The notes beneath the pieces were generated by a model. That model worked only from the letters and a program-made list of their open reading frames with translations. It did no database searches and was not told the origin of the DNA. The translations under genes and the position numbers were made by a program. A DNA stretch of 64,000 nt from Nitrospira sp. (GTDB lineage: Bacteria > Nitrospirota > Nitrospiria > Nitrospirales > Nitrospiraceae), in contig AP038806.1 in the NCBI GenBank assembly GCA_047150005.1, forward strand, positions 2,048,001 through 2,112,000. The letters are read 5' to 3'. Below, piece after piece: positions 26,748 through 33,772 of the stretch (its first letter is position 1; the number at the start of each line of letters is the position of its first letter).

Positions 26748-28814
26748 CTAGGCACTTCCTTTTCCGGTGAGGCTTGCGATCATGTCCTTCAAGTTGCCGG
26801 TCTTCATGGCATCGGCCATATAGCCCTTGGCCTGCTCGATGCCTTCGTTGGCGACCTCCAACGTGATCATCGTCACTCCGAGCTTTTCGGCATGCTTGAT
26901 GATGAGCGCTTTGGTGCAATCCCGCATGAATCCTTCCGGGGCGCGGTCCAGTCTGGCCTGGGCGTCGTCCGTCCAGGTGTAGGATGAGGGTTCGGAGCGT
27001 TCGTTCTCATGTGTTGCGTTGGCGCTCACAGATGCCAGCTTGGCCTCGGCTTCCACCGAGGTGCCGGCGCCCTTGTTGGCGAAAATTGGCTGGTAGTCTT
27101 CCTCCGCGGCCTCCTTGATCATCGGCGCGGCGTATTCGAGCGTGATGGTGGTCATGCCCAGCTTGCGGGCGCTCTTCTCGATCTTGGCCTTGGCCCGCCG
27201 CCGTTGGAATCCGGCTGGAACGGCGCGGATCGCTTCTTTGGCGTCCTTGGTCCATTGCATTGGCACGTCGTCGTAGGCCACATCGGTTTCGAGGTCGCCT
27301 TCGGCCTTCGCGGCCGCCTCGAAGATGCTCTTGTCGACTTGCTTGAATCGGCCGCCTTCGGCGCCGCAGACCGGACATTTCACCGGTGTGTCGCCCTTCC
27401 CGATGTATCCGCACCCGTCGCACACGTAATAGTTCTGAGTCATGCGATCGAGATAGGCCTGGGTCGCGGCCGAAGTCGTCGGCTTTTCTTGGACCACCTG
27501 GGTCATCATGCCGCTGAGCGTCGAGCCCATGAGATCCTTGGCAACCGCATCATCGGCCTGCATCTTGTCGCGGTCGATGCCGGCGGCCTCGAGGTTCCCG
27601 CCGAGCGCCCGCATCGCGTCCATCGCACCCTTCGGCAGAATGTGGCCGACGGCCGCGTCCACCACCGTGTTGCTGATGATCGTGTGGCCCTTCTCGATGG
27701 CATACCGGTGAATCGCCGTTTTGGCCACGCCGCGCGCGAACACGGGAATCTTCTCCATGCGTCGCAAGGCTTCTTCCGTCCAGGCGATCGTATATTCGGC
27801 CTGCGTATCGATCGGTGGCACATACTTGCGGTTGGACACCAGAACATTGCACGGCGCACTTCGGAGCAGGTTTTCCGTGTTGCTGCCGACGTCCATGTCC
27901 TCGTCGCTATGGACGCCGATCCGGCCGACGATCAGCAGGGCGGGAATGTCCTTGCGGACGTACTGAATGATCTTTTCGAACGCCTTGCCGTCGAGCAACG
28001 TGGTCTTGACGTCGGTCTCCTCTGCCTGGGCGATCTCACGCGAAATGTCGAGATGCGACTGGTAAATCTTGGCCAGGCCGCTGTCGATGATCTCTTCGTG
28101 CAGCTTTTCCTGCTCCTTGAAGCGGAACACCTTGCCGGCCTCCTCGTTCAGGACACCGGAAATGCTGTGGAACGCCGCGTAATGGAAGTAAGGATCGAAG
28201 GCCGAAATCACCTCGACCGGCATGTTGAACGCCTTGCCCAGCGACAGACCGGTCATGAGGCCGCCGAAGGAATAGGGACTGCCGTCCACGGCGACGACGA
28301 TCTTCCCGCCGGCGAACGGCTGGATATTCTTGATGATGAGCATGTCCGAATTGCGGACGCGACGGACCACTCGCTCGGTATTGCTGCCGATCACGCTGTC
28401 CTTGACCGCCCCGACCCCCAAGGCACCCATGATGACGAGATCGTACGCATTGGTGTTGATGTCCTCGGCCAGGACCTTCCAATTGCGGCCTTCAAGCGAG
28501 CGTCGCTCGACCGGCAGGTTCGCCTCATTACACTTCTTGTCGATGTAATCGAGATAGGAGTCAGTGATGATCTGCAGCCCGCGGGTGATCAGCGAATCAT
28601 GGATCTGGCGCTGCCGGTCGAGTTCCTTCTCGTCGTGGTACTCCTCCGGAAGCCCCGCTTCCATCTGCTTGAAGCGTTTGTCATGCATTTTTGCCGCATA
28701 GACATGGCTGCCCACGATCTTCGAGCCGAACGCCTTGGCCAGATGCACGCCCATATCCACGGCGGTATTAGAATGGTCGGAATTATCGACCGGAACATAG
28801 ATAGTCTTATACAT
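26748..28814 (-). CDS. Multidomain protein: two universal-stress (USP) domains, three PCP-red-like domains and one rubredoxin-like domain
   Basis: MYKTIYVPVDNS..GALG..IGSNTERV; KIVVAVDGS..VGSNTENL; three W-T-x-[ED]-A...IP/VP/AP helical repeats; YVCDGCGY..KCPVCGA. Confidence 0.88.
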   Translation of the reverse strand: MYKTIYVPVDNSDHSNTAVDMGVHLAKAFGSKIVGSHVYAAKMHDKRFKQMEAGLPEEYHDEKELDRQRQIHDSLITRGLQIITDSYLDYIDKKCNEANLPVERRSLEGRNWKVLAEDINTNAYDLVIMGALGVGAVKDSVIGSNTERVVRRVRNSDMLIIKNIQPFAGGKIVVAVDGSPYSFGGLMTGLSLGKAFNMPVEVISAFDPYFHYAAFHSISGVLNEEAGKVFRFKEQEKLHEEIIDSGLAKIYQSHLDISREIAQAEETDVKTTLLDGKAFEKIIQYVRKDIPALLIVGRIGVHSDEDMDVGSNTENLLRSAPCNVLVSNRKYVPPIDTQAEYTIAWTEEALRRMEKIPVFARGVAKTAIHRYAIEKGHTIISNTVVDAAVGHILPKGAMDAMRALGGNLEAAGIDRDKMQADDAVAKDLMGSTLSGMMTQVVQEKPTTSAATQAYLDRMTQNYYVCDGCGYIGKGDTPVKCPVCGAEGGRFKQVDKSIFEAAAKAEGDLETDVAYDDVPMQWTKDAKEAIRAVPAGFQRRRAKAKIEKSARKLGMTTITLEYAAPMIKEAAEEDYQPIFANKGAGTSVEAEAKLASVSANATHENERSEPSSYTWTDDAQARLDRAPEGFMRDCTKALIIKHAEKLGVTMITLEVANEGIEQAKGYMADAMKTGNLKDMIASLTGKGSA

Positions 28815-28915
28815 CGAGATGCCTCCTCCGGGCCCTCTCACCGGCAAGGTCGAACCGCCATAATTGCCAGAAAAACCAAACGGTTGACAAGCCTATCCAG
28901 TGTAAAAGAAGCGGC

Positions 28916-28945
28916 ATGATAGCACCGACCGTCTCGGGAATGCAA
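28916..28945 (-). promoter_or_regulatory. Putative sigma70 promoter of the USP-rSAM-CopD unit (TTGCAT-N18-TATCAT, extended TG)
   Basis: Reverse-complement hexamers about 100 nt upstream of ATG 28814. Confidence 0.45.
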
Positions 28946-29251
28946 GGCAATCGGCGAGCGTGAACGCCTCCGGTCGAGCCCGCCCCGATCGACAGATTTC
29001 GGACGCATCGGCAAATCTCGATCCCATGGTCCGCAAGCTTGGTGCCAGATTGGCAGAGAAGCGGGTTTTCTCGAAAAAGGCGCTGGAACACAGGTTCACG
29101 AGTGAAATGCGCATGGGCGGACGAGGGAAAAATCCCGGCTCAGGCATGATGGGATCGTGAAGGAAGGCGATTTGTGACGAGGAGGCGCGGCCTGTCGCGA
29201 AAAGAGCAGGCAAGGGACTGGGGACCAACCAGGGGATGCGGGGTGCGCGTG

Positions 29252-30877
29252 CTACATGGGGGAGTGCGTCAGCGATTTTCTCTCGTCAAGTGAGGCGGTG
29301 CGGGACTTGGAGGTTCGTAGGATTTCTTCAAGAGACAGCAAGGCATCCCGCCCGGAATTGCCTTCAATGCCGCGAGCAAGGTTGGCGTCGGCATATGGTC
29401 CGGAGTCCGTGGAGGTTTGCGACAAGGAACCGGTCCATTTGCGAGGGTCGCGGCTTCCGCTCTTGCGCTCCCAGGCCTTGAGGCAGGCTTTGGCGATGAT
29501 CTTGTTGAGCGGGGCGGGGTTATACAGCAGCTTCCTGATGCTCGTCGGCGTCAGCATCAAGGGGTTGTAGCCGGCCGAGAGATACCCTTCCTCCAGCAAT
29601 CGCTGCTCCAGATCGGTATTCGGCTGGATGCCAAGGAAAAACATCAGGGGGAACACCCGCTCTTCGCCGAGAATCGCCGCCACGGTCTTGTAGGCCTCGA
29701 CGCTCTGCAGCAAAGTTTCTTCCGTCTCTTTGGGACTGTTCAGCGAGTAATTCAGGATCACCTTGCCTTTGAACCCGGCCTCCGCGAGATAGCGGCAGCC
29801 GTCATACAGCCGTTCGAGCTTGAAGCCCATGTGCAGGTTATTGAGGACTTCCTGCGACCCAGAGGTGATCGCCACTTCCAGATCTCCCACGCCGGATCGG
29901 ACCATCAGTTTCGCCAAGTCCGGGGTGATCAAGGAGGTTCGGATATAGCCGGACCATTCGATCTCCATCTTCTCGCTGATGATGCGTTCGAGGATTTCCG
30001 TGCACTGGGGATAGGCTTCCTTCCCGGTAATGAACTGCGCGTCGGTGAACCAGAAGCGCCGCGTGCCCCATTGATGGTAATGCTGGGCGATGTCCTTCAC
30101 CACCATGTCGGGGGGCCGGTATCGCACCCGCTTGCCTTCAATATACGGATAGAGGCAGAACGCACAGTCGTACGGACAGCCTCGCTTGGTCTGCACGCCG
30201 ATGGCCTCGCCCTGATATTCGCGGTACTGCGGGAAAATCGACGTGAGATAGGGGAGATCCACGGTCAAGGCGTCGAGCAGCGCCGGTGAGCCTTGCTGCC
30301 CCTTTCTGATCCGCCCTCCTTCCTTGACGATGTAGCGTTCGTCTTCGATAGACCGGCCCTCGATCAACTTGAGAATCGCGTCCTCGCCTTCGCCCAGGAG
30401 GCCGATGGTGCCTTCCGGCATCCTGTCGATCAATTGATCGGCAAAGGCGGTGAAGGCGCCGCCTCCGATCATGATCTGGGCCTTGGGAAATTCCTTCCGG
30501 ATAAGCCAGGGATAGGACAGGATCGTATAGATGTGGCGGTAATAGCGGTAGAGCTGTTTCACGCCTTCGATCGATGCGACGATGCGCTTGAACGGATTGC
30601 TGGCAAAGTAGAAGTTGAACGCATGTTCCAGCGAGGAATCCCCTTCATGGGGCGAGAAGATCTGGATATCGCGCCAGGAAAAGCAGACCAGGTCTGGCCG
30701 GAAGGCCGTGGCGGCGTCTCTGATCGCCTGGCTCCGCTGTGAGACCGGATAAAGGGACAGATCCAGAATCTGCTGACGGACCTCCGGCCTGCGGCGGTGA
30801 ATGAAGTCGGCCAGATAGGTGATCCCGATGGGATAGACCTTCTTGCAGGGCAGGAAGATGTAGAGGATAGAGTCCAT
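29252..30877 (-). CDS. B12-binding-type radical SAM protein resembling the cyanobacterial Slr0320 ('PSII high-light acclimation') family
   Basis: ILYIFLPC..YPIGITYLAD, FSWRDIQI, GGGAF, GEGE, KRGCPYDCAFC, FWFTDAQF. Confidence 0.82.
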   Translation of the reverse strand: MDSILYIFLPCKKVYPIGITYLADFIHRRRPEVRQQILDLSLYPVSQRSQAIRDAATAFRPDLVCFSWRDIQIFSPHEGDSSLEHAFNFYFASNPFKRIVASIEGVKQLYRYYRHIYTILSYPWLIRKEFPKAQIMIGGGAFTAFADQLIDRMPEGTIGLLGEGEDAILKLIEGRSIEDERYIVKEGGRIRKGQQGSPALLDALTVDLPYLTSIFPQYREYQGEAIGVQTKRGCPYDCAFCLYPYIEGKRVRYRPPDMVVKDIAQHYHQWGTRRFWFTDAQFITGKEAYPQCTEILERIISEKMEIEWSGYIRTSLITPDLAKLMVRSGVGDLEVAITSGSQEVLNNLHMGFKLERLYDGCRYLAEAGFKGKVILNYSLNSPKETEETLLQSVEAYKTVAAILGEERVFPLMFFLGIQPNTDLEQRLLEEGYLSAGYNPLMLTPTSIRKLLYNPAPLNKIIAKACLKAWERKSGSRDPRKWTGSLSQTSTDSGPYADANLARGIEGNSGRDALLSLEEILRTSKSRTASLDERKSLTHSPM

Positions 30878-31312
30878 TTAGTGCTGAGTGCTGGGTAATG
30901 AGTGCTGAGTTGATGAAACAGCACCGTCTTTCGTGAAAAGTCGCTTTTTCTGACCCGCGACAGAGGCCCTTAGTCCGCCGATTATACGCCCCACTTCTTC
31001 AGCCTGAAGCAAGACCTCGGAAAAGCGGTCTTTGTCGAGATACCCGGCGTCATGAGCCGCGTAAAGGTGAGAACGGACTTCGGCGCAAGAGCCCTTCGCG
31101 ACAGACAAGAACTGATGGAATTCTCCCGAGCGATTTCGTTCAAAGCCCTCTGCGATGTTCGCCATGATAGAAACGGCAGCTCGCTGGACCTGGCCGGCGA
31201 GTCCGATGTCCCTCGCGAATGTGCGCTCCCTGGTCAGTCTATAAACGGTTTGTGTCAACTCTCTTGCTTTCTGCCAGGCAACGAGGTCTTCAAACCGGTC
31301 AATTCTCATCAT
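30878..31312 (-). CDS. Four-helix-bundle protein (23S rRNA IVP / Avd-like family)
   Basis: FEDLVAWQKA, QVQRAAVSIMANIAEG, FLSVAKGSCAEV; C-terminus STQHSLPSTQH is read from a repeat arm. Confidence 0.92.
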   Translation of the reverse strand: MMRIDRFEDLVAWQKARELTQTVYRLTRERTFARDIGLAGQVQRAAVSIMANIAEGFERNRSGEFHQFLSVAKGSCAEVRSHLYAAHDAGYLDKDRFSEVLLQAEEVGRIIGGLRASVAGQKKRLFTKDGAVSSTQHSLPSTQH

Positions 31313-31342
31313 CGCTAACTCAGCACTTAGGACTCAGCACTA
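30878..31342. mobile_element. Candidate element: inverted heptamer arms bracketing the four-helix-bundle gene ('filled' copy)
   Basis: Left arm TTAGTGCTGAGTGCTGGGTAATGAGTGCTGAGTT (30878-30911); right arm AACTCAGCACTTAGGACTCAGCACTA (31317-31342). The arms are observed; mobility is inferred. Confidence 0.6.
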
Positions 31343-32122
31343 TTTAGTGGCCACATGTATTGCCACGATCCCGCCCGAAAGGTTTCGATAGGAGACCTCT
31401 CGGAAGCCGGCCTCTCGCAGGATCAGGCACAGCCGTTCCTGATCGGGAAAGGTGCGGATTGACGCGGGGAGATATTCATAAACCCCGGTCTTGTCGCGGG
31501 CGACCTTCGTGCCGATCCACGGCAGCAACCTAAAAGAATACCAATCGTACAGGGTACGAAGCCACCCGAACACCGGCCGGGAGAACTCCAGGCAGACGAA
31601 CGTGCCGCCCGGCTTCATCACCCGGCGGATCTCACCCACAGCCTGGGCCAGGTTGCCGACATTGCGCATGCAAAAGCCGGTCGTCACCGCGTCGAATATA
31701 TTGTCGGCAAACCCCAAATGCTCGGCATTCGCTTGGAGACAGGTGATTTTGCCTGCCAAACCCTTGGCGCTGACCTTCTTCAGTCCTTCCGCCAACATGG
31801 CATGGTTCAAGTCGGAGGCGACGACGTGCCCCTTTGCGCCCATGCGGGGTTCCAGCAACAGCGCCAGGTCGGCCGTGCCGGCACCGACGTCGAGCGCCGT
31901 ACCCTGCTCAACGAGCGGGACGAGCGAGGCCGTCAGCTTTTTCCAGCGATGGTGAAGGCCGAAGCTCAGCAGCGTGTTGTTCAGGTCGTAGCAGCCGGCG
32001 ATTGCGGTGAACATTCGCTGCACGGCCTGCTCACGAGCTTCGCCCGACCAGGTCGAGATAGTGCGGGCTTCCGCGTTGGACGGTCGCTGCGTTTTCGGCA
32101 CGGATTCCTCCACGGACAGCAT
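31340..32122 (-). CDS. ubiE: UbiE/MenG-family quinone C-methyltransferase
   Basis: MFTAIAGCYDLNNTLLSFGLHHRWK, LDVGAGTADL, RVMKPGG..CLEFS, YEYLPASIRTFP. Confidence 0.9.
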   Translation of the reverse strand: MLSVEESVPKTQRPSNAEARTISTWSGEAREQAVQRMFTAIAGCYDLNNTLLSFGLHHRWKKLTASLVPLVEQGTALDVGAGTADLALLLEPRMGAKGHVVASDLNHAMLAEGLKKVSAKGLAGKITCLQANAEHLGFADNIFDAVTTGFCMRNVGNLAQAVGEIRRVMKPGGTFVCLEFSRPVFGWLRTLYDWYSFRLLPWIGTKVARDKTGVYEYLPASIRTFPDQERLCLILREAGFREVSYRNLSGGIVAIHVATK

Positions 32123-32129
32123 GCCCAGC

Positions 32130-32159
32130 GTGGTAGCACCCGGTTCAACATGGTGTCAA
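32130..32159 (-). promoter_or_regulatory. Putative sigma70 promoter of ubiE (TTGACA-N18-TACCAC, extended TG), 7 nt before the ATG
   Basis: Reverse complement TTGACA ccatgttgaaccgggtgc TACCAC gctgggc ATG. Confidence 0.55.
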
Positions 32160-32444
32160 GCCGGACGATCCCTAGCCCACATTATTCATGAACGTTTCTA
32201 CTGCAACCGTCGATACGCCGCTGCGACAGGTCTGGCCGCGAGCTTTGCGCGTCCAGGCGGGCAGGCTCGCCGCTCGGTCGGTCGACATACTGTTTCAAGT
32301 ATGCCTTCCTCCCTCGCGGCTCCGTGTGCCCGTCTCGCATGGCGTCTCGGCGGTTTCGTGACGAACCGTCATGAATAATGTGGGCCAGTAGCTGCCGGCA
32401 GGTGTCAGGCGGTCTGTGGCCAGGGTCACCTCCTCCGTATAGCT

Positions 32445-33089
32445 TCAGGGTTGGTTCAGCTTGAGCGCGGCGGCGACGATCGGTCTGGCCCAGTTCGGTG
32501 TGGAGGCCAGGTCCGGCGGGCCGACAATGCGGCCTTGCTGCATGCGCAGGACGAGCCACGGACTCGGGGTCCGACCGGCTGCGGGGTCCGCCTCCACGCT
32601 GTTGTCGTACACTTGCAGGCTGGTGAGGCGGGGAAGCAACGTGACGAGATTGAGACGGCTATGTTCGTAGCGCCGATGGATGTCCGGCTCTGGAATGTCG
32701 TGCCCGCCCCGGCGGACTCGGGCCTGCACCCGCTCGATATGCAAGACCAGGCTGGAGAGCCCCACGTACCACATGCGCACTTCGATCCCCTGGTCGGCCG
32801 CTTGCCTGAGGAGGGTTGTGATCGTGTTCCCGCCGAGGGTGGTCTCGAAGGCGAAATCGAGGCCCTCGTCGATCGCCCGCTTCAACAACCTCACGCCCTG
32901 GCGCCAGGCAGCGCCGTTGACCTCTGTCTGAGTCAGGCTCGGGTGCTTCTGCCTGAGCGCGCGGGCCGCTTCGTCCGGATTGAAGTACTCCCCTCCGTGT
33001 TGACGGACGGCCGCGCCACCGATACTGCTCTTGCCCGCGCCATTGACGCCGGCCAACACATGGATGCGTGGCCGCCGGGCGGCGGTCAT
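32445..33089 (-). CDS. Zeta-toxin-like P-loop ATPase/kinase
   Basis: LAGVNGAGKSS, FNPDE, FAFETTL, RVQARVRRGGHDIPE, VYDNS. Confidence 0.85.
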   Translation of the reverse strand: MTAARRPRIHVLAGVNGAGKSSIGGAAVRQHGGEYFNPDEAARALRQKHPSLTQTEVNGAAWRQGVRLLKRAIDEGLDFAFETTLGGNTITTLLRQAADQGIEVRMWYVGLSSLVLHIERVQARVRRGGHDIPEPDIHRRYEHSRLNLVTLLPRLTSLQVYDNSVEADPAAGRTPSPWLVLRMQQGRIVGPPDLASTPNWARPIVAAALKLNQP

Positions 33090-33484
33090 GCTCGCGCGGT
33101 CGCGGGCGAGCGCCGTGGTCGTTTGCGAGCCGGCGTGCGCGGCGTTCGGGCTGCCTTGACCGCGGCTCGCCCCAGTTGGGCCGGGGAGGCGTTGAAGGCG
33201 GCCGCTACGCCTTTGCGCGCTCGTGGCGTCTGCATGCGGGCCAGCAGTCCATCGAACTCCGCCCCCAGATCGTCGAGGGAACGGCCGCGCTCTTTCACCA
33301 ACGATTCGAATTCGGCGAGCGAGAGGAGCACCGCCTTGGGCGTATCGTGACGGGTAATGGCCACCGCGCCGCTGTGCAAGGTCTTCTCCAGAATGGCGCC
33401 GAACTCGTTCTTGACCTTCGTGGCCGCGACGGAGGAGATGTCCACAAGCTGTCCGCGACTGTTTCTAAACGTGAGCAGAGGCAT
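33086..33484 (-). CDS. Phd/YefM family antitoxin
   Basis: VAATKVKNEFGAILE..AVAITRHDTPKAVLLSLAEFESL; ATGA overlap with the toxin gene. Confidence 0.87.
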   Translation of the reverse strand: MPLLTFRNSRGQLVDISSVAATKVKNEFGAILEKTLHSGAVAITRHDTPKAVLLSLAEFESLVKERGRSLDDLGAEFDGLLARMQTPRARKGVAAAFNASPAQLGRAAVKAARTPRTPARKRPRRSPATARA

Positions 33485-33516
33485 GATGTCCTCCTCGGCG
33501 CGTGGCATGAAGTAGT

Positions 33517-33557
33517 CAATATGGCTAAAGTGTACATATTGGTTACTCGTCGGTCAA
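33517..33557 (-). promoter_or_regulatory. TA promoter (TTGACC-N17-TACACT) with an inverted-repeat operator CAATATG-N11-CATATTG flanking the -10 box
   Basis: Inverted repeat at 33517-33523 / 33535-33541; -10 at 33529-33534, -35 at 33552-33557. Confidence 0.7.
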
Positions 33558-33585
33558 TCCTCCAAGCATCTCAGAGCTCTGGCTG

Positions 33586-33618
33586 TTCCCCTCCGTGGTA
33601 AGGAGGGGAAGGGGAGGT
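33586..33618. repeat. REP-like hairpin TTCCCCTCC-N7-GGAGGGGAA
   Basis: Perfect 9-bp stem followed by GGGGAGGT; same style as the elements inside mod. Confidence 0.6.
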
Positions 33619-33772
33619 CGAAGCACTGGACCGCCACCAGAGCCATATTCTGACGATAGAAGCACCGGTTTTCCCTCTGCGCGCCGTCCGAACGTTCTCC
33701 CGGCTGATGATTTCCGACTGCTAAAAGGGTATCCTGCGGCCCAATCGTTCGCCCGTTATTAGAGGGTTAGGG

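Noticed and set aside
27009..28919. 636-aa plus-strand ORF, and similar long antisense ORFs at 8238-9638, 16579-17772, 40190-41584 and 50802-52178
   Set aside because: These are shadow ORFs opposite well-supported genes in high-GC DNA, with no recognisable motifs.
28960..29250. Small ORFs or a cobalamin riboswitch downstream of the B12 radical SAM gene
   Set aside because: No convincing B12-box or coding signal was recognised; an Rfam/Infernal search would be needed.
30878..31312. Four-helix-bundle gene as a 23S rRNA intervening sequence or as DGR Avd
   Set aside because: The flanks are protein-coding genes, not rRNA, and no reverse transcriptase or TR/VR pair is visible in the window.
25162..31342. 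Heptamer arrays as a CRISPR array
   Set aside because: The units are 7-nt tandem, degenerate and inverted, with no 25-45 nt repeat/unique spacer structure and no cas genes in the window.
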